From Vulcanimicrobiales bacterium (GTDB lineage Bacteria > Vulcanimicrobiota > Vulcanimicrobiia > Vulcanimicrobiales > Vulcanimicrobiaceae): 64,000 bases of DNA. Positions within the stretch are counted from its first letter, which is position 1. Each line of letters opens with the position of its first letter. The stretch spans positions 192,001-256,000 of the forward strand of contig JBBRLI010000001.1 in assembly GCA_038231455.1 (NCBI GenBank), given 5' to 3'. The notes beneath the pieces are model-generated. The model was not told the DNA's origin. It saw nothing but the letters and a program-made list of their open reading frames with translations, and made no database searches. The translations under genes were made by a program, and so were the position numbers. This document shows, one piece after another, positions 20,603-29,778 of this stretch.

Positions 20603-22260
20603 ATCCGTTTGAACAGGCGGGCGATTGCATCTGGTTCGAGTCGCACGATCGTCGGGCGGCCGTGCGGGCAATGCATCGGATTCACGCACCGCATCAGCCG
20701 TTCGAGGAGCGTCGTCATCTCGGTCATCTGCAGCGCTTCCCCCGCCCGCACGACGGAGTGGCACGCAAGCGATGCCCAAATGCGCTGACGGTCGTCGAGT
20801 CCGCGCACGTCATCGGAGAGACATTCGAGGAAATCGCCCACGTCGAAGGTACGAGTTTTTCCGGCGTGGACGTAGTTTGCCGGCGTTGCGACGATGCGAT
20901 ACGCCCGCTCGCCGAACGACTCGATCTCAAGACCGCTTGCCGCAAGCGCGTCGAGTGCGGGAACGAGTTTGTCACTTGCATCGGGTGCGAGTTCGAACGT
21001 ATGCGGGATCAGGAGCGGCTCCGCCGGCGCATGACCACCGGCATTTTCGGCGAGTGTCTCAAACACGATGCGCTCGTGTGCCGCGTGTTGATCGACGAGC
21101 ACGACGGCCGTTCCATCGGTCGCGAGGATGAACGTGCGGTCGACTTGCGCGAGCACGCGCAGGCCGCTTACCGCTTCCGGGTCGGGCTCGAAAAGCGTCC
21201 CCCATTCGACCGGCTGCGACGGCGCAGACGAACGCACCGGCGGCGAATACGAGATCGCACTATTGAGCCGCTCGACGGCTCCGGCGCGCAGTGCGGTCTG
21301 AATCGATTCCTTTACGACGGTCACGATCCGTTCGCCGTATCGGACACGCACGTCACTCTTGGTGGGATGAACGTTCGGGTCGACTTCGTGCGCCGGCACA
21401 TCGAGGAAGAGCACGCCGTACGGGTGGCGGCCGATCATCGCAAAGGTCCGGTACGCCGCACTCCACGCGCCCGAGACAAGCGTGCTGCGTAAAAGCCGCC
21501 CGTTGACGAAGAGAATTTGCGCGCGCCGGTCCGGCCGATCGTCGCCGGGCGAACTCACGAACCCATCCACGCGCACGCGTTCATCGCCGAGTCCTCTCAG
21601 GGCGACCATGCCCTCTGCGCCGCGGCCGAACACGTGCATGAGGCGCACCATCGGATCTTCGCCCGGTGCGAACGCGAACGTCTGACGACCGTCATGTTCG
21701 AGCGAGAAACCGACCTCGGGATACGCAAGCGCAAGCGTCGAGAGCCACGTTGCGATGCGCGAAAATTCGGCGCTGGGCGTGCGCAGATAGTCGCGCCGCA
21801 CCGGTACGTTTCCAAAGAGATCGCGCACGATCACGCGCGTCCCGGGCGGCGTTGCCATCGGACGCGGCTCTCCGATCGTCTCGCCGTGCGCGTCGATTGC
21901 CGTGCCGATTTCTGCAGCGCGCTCGCGCGAGACGATCGTCACCGAGGACACCGCTGCGATCGCGGCGAGGCCTTCGCCCCGAAAGCCGAGCGTACCGATA
22001 TCCGTGAGTCCAGCGGCGCTGATGAGTTTACTCGTCGCATGGCGCACGAGCGCGAGCGGAAGCTCGTCTGCGGCGATGCCGACGCCGTCATCGGCGACCT
22101 CGATCTCCGCGATGCCGCCCACACGAACGCGCACGACGATCCGGGTCGCTCGTGCATCGAGCGCGTTTTCGACGAGTTCTTTCACAACCGAGAGCGGCCG
22201 CTCGACCACTTCTCCCGCCGCGATTTGCCCGACGGTTTGGGGATCGAGCACGCGAATCAT
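20599..22260 (-). CDS. mutL: DNA mismatch repair endonuclease MutL
   Basis: IAAGEVVERP..VVKELVEN, HATSK, GFRGEGL, DQHAAHER, CPHGRP. Confidence 0.98.
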   Translation of the reverse strand: MIRVLDPQTVGQIAAGEVVERPLSVVKELVENALDARATRIVVRVRVGGIAEIEVADDGVGIAADELPLALVRHATSKLISAAGLTDIGTLGFRGEGLAAIAAVSSVTIVSRERAAEIGTAIDAHGETIGEPRPMATPPGTRVIVRDLFGNVPVRRDYLRTPSAEFSRIATWLSTLALAYPEVGFSLEHDGRQTFAFAPGEDPMVRLMHVFGRGAEGMVALRGLGDERVRVDGFVSSPGDDRPDRRAQILFVNGRLLRSTLVSGAWSAAYRTFAMIGRHPYGVLFLDVPAHEVDPNVHPTKSDVRVRYGERIVTVVKESIQTALRAGAVERLNSAISYSPPVRSSAPSQPVEWGTLFEPDPEAVSGLRVLAQVDRTFILATDGTAVVLVDQHAAHERIVFETLAENAGGHAPAEPLLIPHTFELAPDASDKLVPALDALAASGLEIESFGERAYRIVATPANYVHAGKTRTFDVGDFLECLSDDVRGLDDRQRIWASLACHSVVRAGEALQMTEMTTLLERLMRCVNPMHCPHGRPTIVRLEPDAIARLFKRM

Positions 22261-24743
22261 ATGACGTCGAAGAGCAGCGGCTGTTCGATGATCGGCACTT
22301 TGGCGAGTCGTCCGCGTAGCGGCGCCTGCGTCTCGAGCGACGGCCGACCTTCGAGCGCGTCGGCGATCTCTTTTGCGCGCGCGACGACGGCCGGCGGCAG
22401 GCCCGCCATCCGCGCAACTTCGATCCCAAAGGAACGTGAGCTCGAACCCGGCAGCACGCGATGGGAAAAGACGGGCGCCCCGCCGCGCGACATATTCTCG
22501 ACCGCCGTGATGTGATAGTTCGCAACAAGCGGCCAGCGTTCGGCAAGCGCGACGAGTTCGTGAAAGTGCGTTGCAAAGAGGACAGCCGGGCCGCGCGACT
22601 CGCGCTCGAGCAGATATTCACAAATCGCTTGTGCGATCGCAAGGCCGTCGACGGTCCCCGTGCCGCGACCGATCTCATCGATCAGCAGAAGACTGCGCCC
22701 GGTCGCGCGCCGCAAGATATTCGCGGCCTCCGCCATCTCGATATAAAACGTCGATTGACCGGAAGCAAGATCGTCACCCGCGCCAACGCGCGTGAAGATG
22801 CGATCCACAATTCCTACGATAGCCGATCGCGCGGGGACGAACGAGCCGACCTGCGCGAGAATCGTCAGCAGCGCCGCCTGACGAAGATAGGTCGACTTGC
22901 CGCCCATATTCGGACCGGTCAGCAAGATAAAACGCGGACCGCTAGGCTCGATACGCAAATCGTTCGGGACGAAGGCCGTGCCGAGCAGCGCTTCAACGAC
23001 CGGGTGGCGGCCGTCCTCGATCGCAATGCGGCTCTCTTCGACGAATGTCGGACGAACGTACCCGCGTTCGGCTGCAACTTGCGCGAGCGACGCGAACGCG
23101 TCGAGTTCCGCTAGCGCTTCCGCCGTCGCGAGAATCTCTTCCACACGAAGCGCCACCCGTTCGACGCACGCTTCGAACAGCGTCGTCTCCAACCGCAGCT
23201 GACGCGCCTGGGCGGAGGCGATCGCCGCATCAAGTTCGCGCAGCTCGGGTGTTAGGTAGCGCTCGCCATTCGCCAGCGTTTGGCGGCGCGTGTAGTCCGC
23301 CGGGACTTGGCCGAGCTGCGATTTTGAAATCTCGATCGCATAGCCGAAGGCGCTTGCGTATTTGACTTTAAGATTTTTGATTCCGGTGCGTTCGCGTTCG
23401 CGATCTTCCAGCGCCGCAATGCGGGAACGCGCGTCGGTCCGCAGACTCACACATTCGGCGAGCTCCGAGGAGTGCTCGGGACGCACCACGCCGCCGTCCG
23501 CAAGCGTCGCCGGCGGTTCGTCGACGATCGTCGATTCCAAATCCGCACGCAAGTCGCCGAAATCGCCAAAGCGTGCGGCAATCGCAGCCAGTCCCGCGGG
23601 CAGCGTCCCGGCGGCAAGCGCATCGGATATGGGGTCAAGCAAAGCAATCGTGCGCCGCAGCGAGGAGAGATCGCGCGGTACGGCGCGGCGAAAACGGACT
23701 TTCTGCGCGATCCGCTCCAAGTCAAAACACTTGTAGAGTACGTCTTGCATCGCAATGCGGCGCGGGCCATCACCGACGAGCGCCTCGATACAGTCGCCGC
23801 GGGCTTCGATCCGCGCGCGATCGACGAGCGGTGCGAGCAGCCAGCGGCCGAGCATGCGCGAGCCCATCGCCGTACGCGTGCGATCGACCGTCGCAAGCAA
23901 GGTCGCTTTCGGATTGGCGCCGAGGGCCTTGGTCAATTCGAGATGTTTGCGCGTATTGGGATCGAGCGCGAGAAACGTTGCCTGCGTGTAATAGATCGGC
24001 GCGCGAAGTGATTCGGCTTGCACGATCCCGACGCGGCGCACGAACGCCGCGAGCGCATCGAGCGCGCGGTGCATCGCGAGCGACTCATCCATCGAGAAGC
24101 CCTCGAGCGGATCGCGCGAGCGCACGTCGACCGCCGAGAGCGTCGGCATCGTGATGCGCACGCCCGCGTGTTCGAGCGCGCGATCGAGTGCCGCACGCAT
24201 CTCGGGCGTCACGTCGGCGACGATTTCGGCCGGATCGAGACGCGCGATCTCGGCGAGTGCATCTTCGAATGCGCTCTCGCCGGTGAAGGCGGTCGCGGCG
24301 GCATAACCGGTCGAGATATCCGCGTGCGCTAGCGAAACGACGTCTTCCACGACGGTCAGCGCGGCAAGATAGTTGTGCGCGCTGCGATCGAGCAGTTGCT
24401 CCTCGACGATCGTCCCCGGCGTAACGACCCGCACGACGTCGCGGCGCACGAGTTTGTTTGGAATCGGCGCTTCGAGTTGTTCTGCGAGCGCAACGACGCG
24501 CCGCTGTGCGACGAGTTTTGCGAGGTACGTATCGAGCGCGTGATACGGCACGCCCGCCATTGCGACGCGCTGACCGCTGCCGGCTTCTTTCGAGGTCAGC
24601 GTGATCGAGAGGGCCCTCGCGATCGTCTCGGCGTCTTCACCGTACGCTTCGTAGAAATCACCGACTCGCGAGAGCAGGATGGCTTCTGGATGTTTTGCTT
24701 TCATCCCAAAATACTGCTCGAGCATCGGAGAGTATTTCGTCAA
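22257..24743 (-). CDS. mutS: DNA mismatch repair protein MutS
   Basis: SPMLEQY, GDFYE, TGPNMGGKSTYLRQ, DEIGRGT, ATHFHEL. TTG start at 24743 overlaps the miaB stop. Confidence 0.98.
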   Translation of the reverse strand: MTKYSPMLEQYFGMKAKHPEAILLSRVGDFYEAYGEDAETIARALSITLTSKEAGSGQRVAMAGVPYHALDTYLAKLVAQRRVVALAEQLEAPIPNKLVRRDVVRVVTPGTIVEEQLLDRSAHNYLAALTVVEDVVSLAHADISTGYAAATAFTGESAFEDALAEIARLDPAEIVADVTPEMRAALDRALEHAGVRITMPTLSAVDVRSRDPLEGFSMDESLAMHRALDALAAFVRRVGIVQAESLRAPIYYTQATFLALDPNTRKHLELTKALGANPKATLLATVDRTRTAMGSRMLGRWLLAPLVDRARIEARGDCIEALVGDGPRRIAMQDVLYKCFDLERIAQKVRFRRAVPRDLSSLRRTIALLDPISDALAAGTLPAGLAAIAARFGDFGDLRADLESTIVDEPPATLADGGVVRPEHSSELAECVSLRTDARSRIAALEDRERERTGIKNLKVKYASAFGYAIEISKSQLGQVPADYTRRQTLANGERYLTPELRELDAAIASAQARQLRLETTLFEACVERVALRVEEILATAEALAELDAFASLAQVAAERGYVRPTFVEESRIAIEDGRHPVVEALLGTAFVPNDLRIEPSGPRFILLTGPNMGGKSTYLRQAALLTILAQVGSFVPARSAIVGIVDRIFTRVGAGDDLASGQSTFYIEMAEAANILRRATGRSLLLIDEIGRGTGTVDGLAIAQAICEYLLERESRGPAVLFATHFHELVALAERWPLVANYHITAVENMSRGGAPVFSHRVLPGSSSRSFGIEVARMAGLPPAVVARAKEIADALEGRPSLETQAPLRGRLAKVPIIEQPLLFDVI

Positions 24744-26152
24744 CGTGCGAGCGATACCAGATCGAGCGTTTGCGGAATTGCCTTCACCGCATGGCCCGCA
24801 TCGACGAAGCGTGCAGCGCGGCGCATTGCCGTGCCGCGTACTCCCCACACGGCGGCGGAGTCGATGCGCACATCAACCCATGGCTCAGCAGTGAGCGGGT
24901 TATCGGGATCTTCGATTGTGGGAAAGACGACCGTCACGTTGTCGAGTGTCTTAGCCGAGAGCATCGTGCGATCTTTGCGCGAGGGTCCGTGAATGAGCGC
25001 GCGGACGGTCGTGCCGATTTTGTTATCGTGAAAGGATCGGACGCCGCGATCGATGACGGCCATCAAGCGCGTCAGACGATCTTGCCCGACATCCACGGGG
25101 ATCGGCTCCCAGTGCGCCGCGGGCGTTCCGCGCCGTTGCGAGTAGACGAACATGTAGGCTTGCGCGAACCGGCCATCCTCACACATTGCGAGCGTCTTCT
25201 GAAAGTCGTCTTCCGTTTCGCTCGGAAATGCGACGATGATGTCCGTCGTGAGCGCCCAATCCGGGGCGTATTGCCGGAACATCGCGATCTTCTCGTCGTA
25301 CTGCTCGATCGTGTACTTGCGGTTCATCTTGCGCAAGACCGGGTTCGACGCAGACTGTACCGGCAGATGAAAACGCGGATTGAGCTTGGGGATGGAGCCG
25401 AACGCGCGCGCGAGCTTTTCGTTGAAGTCGTTGGGATGCGAGGTGACAAAAGCGAGCCGCTCGACACCGGGAATTGCGGCGATCGTTTCGAGCAGATCGG
25501 CGAAGTCGGCTCCGCTTGCGGGCTCCTTATACGCGTTGACGGTTTGCCCGACGAGCGTGACTTCGCGCGCACCCGCGGCAATTTTTCGTTCGACCTCGGC
25601 GATGATCTCGCCAATCGCCCGGTGATCGAACCGGCCGCGCACGTGCGGCACGATGCAGTACGTGCAGTAGTACGAACAGCCACGCTGCACGTTGACGAAC
25701 GCGCGTAAGAGGTCGTACGGTCCGGAAACACCCGAGCCGGCATTGTCCATCGCAACGAGGAGCGAGCGATCTTCGGTGAGATCGTCATCCGCGAAACCCG
25801 GCCGCCAAGCGACGAGCGCATCGCCGAGTTTTGCCAAGTCCTTCGGGCCGAAGATGCCATCGACGTGCGGCACAAGATCGCCCATGCGGTCTTTATCTTG
25901 TTCGGCAAGGCATCCGGCGACGATGACTTTGACCGCCGGATCGGCGGCCTTGAGTTTTTTCCACGATCCGATGCGGCCGTATGCCCGACGTTCGGCATTG
26001 TCGCGCACCGTACACGTATTGAGCACCAGCACCGATGCGTCTTCGGCTTTATCGCACAGCGCATAACCCGCGCTCTGCGCACGGCGCGCGATGTACTGGG
26101 AGTCGGCTTCGTTCATCTGGCAGCCGTGGGTTTCGATGTAGATCGTAGCCAT
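24740..26152 (-). CDS. miaB: tRNA-2-methylthio-N6-dimethylallyladenosine synthase
   Basis: THGCQMNEADS, NTCTVRDNAE, GCSYYCTYCIVP, TRAM-like tail. Confidence 0.95.
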   Translation of the reverse strand: MATIYIETHGCQMNEADSQYIARRAQSAGYALCDKAEDASVLVLNTCTVRDNAERRAYGRIGSWKKLKAADPAVKVIVAGCLAEQDKDRMGDLVPHVDGIFGPKDLAKLGDALVAWRPGFADDDLTEDRSLLVAMDNAGSGVSGPYDLLRAFVNVQRGCSYYCTYCIVPHVRGRFDHRAIGEIIAEVERKIAAGAREVTLVGQTVNAYKEPASGADFADLLETIAAIPGVERLAFVTSHPNDFNEKLARAFGSIPKLNPRFHLPVQSASNPVLRKMNRKYTIEQYDEKIAMFRQYAPDWALTTDIIVAFPSETEDDFQKTLAMCEDGRFAQAYMFVYSQRRGTPAAHWEPIPVDVGQDRLTRLMAVIDRGVRSFHDNKIGTTVRALIHGPSRKDRTMLSAKTLDNVTVVFPTIEDPDNPLTAEPWVDVRIDSAAVWGVRGTAMRRAARFVDAGHAVKAIPQTLDLVSLAR

Positions 26153-26898
26153 TATCGATCTTTCGTCCCGGCGATCTTCTCTAAGAGCGCAAGCGGGAAG
26201 TAGAGTTTTGTGCCGAGCAAGGTCGGCGCCGAGCCGTAGGTCGCATCGCGGCCATCGATTTTGTAGGCATTCTCGCCGAGGTGACCGATGACGGTATGTC
26301 CCGCGTGTTTAATGACGACGCGGTTGCCCACGACCTTGTATTCGCCATCGGCCAGATAATCTTCGGCCGGCGCGACCACGCTTGTCTGGGGCTCGTCCGA
26401 GACGACATCGGCGCGAATCAGCACATCGGTTCGCATTTCGGGATACACGCTGACCGAGCGTGTGAAATTGCCGCGCGCGGTATGCACCAGCAGCGTATGC
26501 GGACCGGCGGGAAGCGGAATTTGGCCTCGCTTATCAGCTATTTTCGCGGAACCGTCGACAAAGAGCGTACCGGTCGTGCCGCGCACGGCAAGAAATCCGA
26601 TGGCCTTCGGATAGCCCTGCGGCCCGTGCTGGAGTGCGACTGTCGAGAACGCAACCGCGCCGCCGCCGACGGTCACATCGACATCTTGCGAGGCCCAGCC
26701 CGTCCGCGTGACGGTGACGGTGTGGCGGCCAAGCGCGAGCGCGTCGAGCAGAACGGGGCTATGCCCGACATAGCTGCCGTCGATCCAGACGTCGGCTGCG
26801 GCCGGGAGCGTCGTTATATAGAGGGCGCCGCTCGGCGCGGGCGCAGCAGCAGTAAGAACGAACGCGGCAGCCGCCGCTCCCAAAAGCCGTCGAATCAT
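26152..26898 (-). CDS. Exported PEGA-domain protein
   Basis: Signal peptide MIRRLLGAAAAAFVL; ITTLPAAADVWIDGSYVGHSP...GRHTVTVTRTGW PEGA motif; copper-amine-oxidase-N-like tail. Confidence 0.75.
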   Translation of the reverse strand: MIRRLLGAAAAAFVLTAAAPAPSGALYITTLPAAADVWIDGSYVGHSPVLLDALALGRHTVTVTRTGWASQDVDVTVGGGAVAFSTVALQHGPQGYPKAIGFLAVRGTTGTLFVDGSAKIADKRGQIPLPAGPHTLLVHTARGNFTRSVSVYPEMRTDVLIRADVVSDEPQTSVVAPAEDYLADGEYKVVGNRVVIKHAGHTVIGHLGENAYKIDGRDATYGSAPTLLGTKLYFPLALLEKIAGTKDR

Positions 26899-26967
26899 GG
26901 TCGACCCTGCGGGTTCGGGTGAAAAAGCATGAGTTCCCGGCGGGGAACGGTAAGGTTCGAGGCTGCC

Positions 26968-28395
26968 ATGTCCACCTTTGATGATGTCGCCCTCGGCGGC
27001 GACGAGCTTCTTGACGCTGAATCCACCGAAGTCGGCGGCGAGTCGCTTCGCGTCCGTCCCGCGACGGTTGCGATCGTCGGCCGCCCCAACGTTGGGAAAT
27101 CCGCTCTCTTCAATCGCCTGATCGGCCAGCGCATGGCGATCGTTGAAGATACGCCAGGCGTGACGCGCGACCGCCTTTACGGCTTGTGCGAATGGCGCGG
27201 TCGCACGTTCAGCATCGTCGACACGGGCGGCATCGACGTCGAGTCCGATCCGCACGATGCGATCGCCGCGGGTACGCGATTGCAAGCGGAAGCGGCCGCA
27301 AACGACGCCGACGTGATCGTCTTCGTGGTCGACGCACAAGTCGGTATGTCGACGCTCGATGATGACGTCGTGCAAATTTTGCGCCGCACGCGCAATCCCG
27401 TGATCGTTGCCGCCAACAAAAGCGAGTCGGCCGCGGCGATGGCGACGGTCTACGGCGAATTCAGCCGCCTGGGTCTCGGTGAAATTTTCCCGGTCTCCGC
27501 CATTCATGGCGAGGGGACGGGCGATCTGCTCGATGAGATTTTCAAACGGCTCCCCCCCGATCTCGGCTTTGTCGAAGCCGAGAACGAGATTTCGATCGCC
27601 CTGATCGGACAGCCGAACGTCGGCAAGTCCTCGTTGCTCAACGCGATCCTGGGCGAAGAGCGATCGATCGTAAGCGACGTAGCCGGTACGACGCGCGATG
27701 CGATCGATACGGTCTTCATGTACGACAACCAGCGCGTGCGATTGATCGATACCGCGGGTGTCCGACGCAAAGTCAATCGTGCCGGTTCCATTGAGTATTA
27801 CAGCTCGCTGCGGTCGATCAAAGCGATCGGGCGATGCGACATCGCCTTGCTGCTCATCGATTCGATGCAAGGCGTGCTCAATCAAGATCGCCGTCTTGCC
27901 GGCATGGTGCTTGAAGAGCGCAAAGGCCTCATCATCGTCGGCAACAAGTGGGATCTCGTGACCGCGCAGGGCGAGTACAGCCAGTCCGAACTCGCGGGCG
28001 AAATCCATAAGGCGATTCCGTTTGGGCGACACGCACCGGTGACGTTTCTCTCCGCGCTCACCAAACGCAAACTCAACAACTTGATGCCCGTTATCATGAA
28101 AGTCTCGGAGAATCTTAACCGGCGCGTGCCGACGGCCAAGCTCAACGCAATCATCCGCGATGCCGTGCTCGCCCACCCGGCACCGATCTCACAGGATCGC
28201 GCGCTCAAGATTCTCTACTGCGCGCAAGTCGCGACGCATCCGCCGCTCTTCGTCTTCCACTGCAACGACCCCGAACTCGTGCAGCCGTCGTACAAGCGGT
28301 TCCTCGAAAACATCATTCGCACGAATTTCGCCTTCGAGGGCGTTCCGCTCACGCTCGAATTCCGCGAACGCGGCGGTCGCGAACCCCAACCCTAA
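26968..28395 (+). CDS. der: Ribosome biogenesis GTPase Der (EngA)
   Basis: Two G-domains (GRPNVGKS, GQPNVGKS), DTGG/DTAG, KH-like tail. Confidence 0.98.
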   Translation: MSTFDDVALGGDELLDAESTEVGGESLRVRPATVAIVGRPNVGKSALFNRLIGQRMAIVEDTPGVTRDRLYGLCEWRGRTFSIVDTGGIDVESDPHDAIAAGTRLQAEAAANDADVIVFVVDAQVGMSTLDDDVVQILRRTRNPVIVAANKSESAAAMATVYGEFSRLGLGEIFPVSAIHGEGTGDLLDEIFKRLPPDLGFVEAENEISIALIGQPNVGKSSLLNAILGEERSIVSDVAGTTRDAIDTVFMYDNQRVRLIDTAGVRRKVNRAGSIEYYSSLRSIKAIGRCDIALLLIDSMQGVLNQDRRLAGMVLEERKGLIIVGNKWDLVTAQGEYSQSELAGEIHKAIPFGRHAPVTFLSALTKRKLNNLMPVIMKVSENLNRRVPTAKLNAIIRDAVLAHPAPISQDRALKILYCAQVATHPPLFVFHCNDPELVQPSYKRFLENIIRTNFAFEGVPLTLEFRERGGREPQP

Positions 28396-28994
28396 TGCTC
28401 GAGTGGGCCTCGCACCTCATCGTCGCGTTTTTGATCGGCGCGATCCCCTTCGGCGTGATTGTCTCGCGGCTGTTCTACAAACGCGATCTGCGTGCGTCGG
28501 GAAGTGGAAACATCGGCGCGGCAAATGCGCTTCGCACGCTCGGCAAGCGCGGTGCGATCGCGGTGTTGCTGCTCGATGCATTCAAAGGCGCAGCTCCTGT
28601 TCTGCTCACGGTGCCGCACTACGAACAAGCCGCAGCCGTCGGTTTTGCGGCCGTCCTCGGACACTGTTTTTCGCCGTTTCTTGCCTTCAAAGGCGGGAAA
28701 GGCGTTGCTACAAGCTTCGGCGTGATCTTCGCGCTGGCGTGGCCCGCCGGGCTTGCCTTCATGCTCGTGTGGATCGCGTTTGCCATCGGACTTGGGTTCG
28801 CGTCGGTTTCGTCCATGGCGGCGAGCATCGCGATGCCCTACGTACTGTGGTTCGTCATCGGCGCGCCGGGGATGTGGTATGGAATCGCTTCGGCCCTCCT
28901 GATCGTCGCCATGCACCGCCAGAATCTCGAGCGGCTGCGCGCCGGGACCGAAAGTCGTCTTTCATTATTCGCCAAACGAACCAAGGCCGGCTAG
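28395..28994 (+). CDS. plsY: Glycerol-3-phosphate acyltransferase PlsY
   Basis: [36 protein letters not shown]. Confidence 0.96.
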   Translation: MLEWASHLIVAFLIGAIPFGVIVSRLFYKRDLRASGSGNIGAANALRTLGKRGAIAVLLLDAFKGAAPVLLTVPHYEQAAAVGFAAVLGHCFSPFLAFKGGKGVATSFGVIFALAWPAGLAFMLVWIAFAIGLGFASVSSMAASIAMPYVLWFVIGAPGMWYGIASALLIVAMHRQNLERLRAGTESRLSLFAKRTKAG

Positions 28995-29032
28995 CAAGAG
29001 ACTCGGAATCCGGCGCCGTATTGGCTCCGGTC

Positions 29033-29596
29033 ATGATTTCGTCGAACGATTTCCGAAACGGTGTTACCGTTGTCATCGAGGGCCAGCTTTGGACGGTCAT
29101 CGAGTTTCTCCACGTCAAGCCCGGCAAAGGCTCGGCTTTCGTGCGGACGCGTCTCAAGAACGTGAAAAGCGGCGCCACGGTCGAACGCACGTTCCGCGCC
29201 GGTGAAAAACTGGAGCGCGCGACGGTCGACAACCGCGAAATGCAAATGCTCTATAACAACGACGATGGCTATCATTTTATGGATATCGAATCGTACGAGA
29301 ATTTCACCCTCCAGAAAGAAGTCATCGGGGATCCGGCCGACTTCCTCAAAGACGGGATGAAGATCAACGTCCAGTTCCACGACGGGACGCCGATTGGCGC
29401 CGATCTGCCGGCCCACGTCGAACTCAAGGTCGAGGAGACCGACCCCGGCTTCAAAGGCGATACCGCCACGGGCACGACGAAGCCCGCCAAGCTCGAAACC
29501 GGCGCCACGGTCAACGTTCCGCTCTTCGTGAATCCGGGCGATATGATCAAGATCGACACCCGCGACCGCCGGTATATCGGGCGCGTCCAGAGCTAA
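29033..29596 (+). CDS. efp: Elongation factor P
   Basis: HVKPGKGSAFVR, TDPGFKGDT, VPLFV..GD.IKIDTR. Confidence 0.98.
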   Translation: MISSNDFRNGVTVVIEGQLWTVIEFLHVKPGKGSAFVRTRLKNVKSGATVERTFRAGEKLERATVDNREMQMLYNNDDGYHFMDIESYENFTLQKEVIGDPADFLKDGMKINVQFHDGTPIGADLPAHVELKVEETDPGFKGDTATGTTKPAKLETGATVNVPLFVNPGDMIKIDTRDRRYIGRVQS

Positions 29597-29612
29597 GCCA
29601 CCTCTCACTTGC

Positions 29613-29640
29613 AAAAGCCGTCGCGCCGACGGCTTTTTTT
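29613..29640 (+). terminator. Intrinsic terminator after efp
   Basis: AAAAGCCGTCG-CGC-CGACGGCTTTTTTT. Confidence 0.9.
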
Positions 29641-29678
29641 ATGCTCTTGTAAACACCGTCTGCGATAGTAGTTTTCGA

Positions 29679-29755
29679 GCCGCCCAGGGAATGGTCGTCT
29701 TGCTGACCGGCCTGGGTCCCGCTTTGCGGGAGCCCGGCTGGACCATATCCGCGGC
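29679..29755 (+). other. Candidate structured 5' leader or small RNA upstream of the cyclase
   Basis: Nested stems GCCGC/GCGGC, ATGGTC/GACCAT, CCGGCC/GGCTGG, TCCCGC-TTT-GCGGGA; promoter-like TTGTAA...TAGTTT just upstream. Confidence 0.35.
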
Positions 29756-29778
29756 GCATGAAAACGGAGCGACGGCAC

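Noticed and set aside
26899-28176. N-terminal extension making a 674-aa PEGA ORF
   Set aside because: It is the antisense shadow of der; the signal peptide starts at ATG 26898.
28160-29032. Apparent long N-terminal fusion to EF-P (478 aa)
   Set aside because: It overlaps der/plsY out of frame; EF-P homology begins at ATG 29033.
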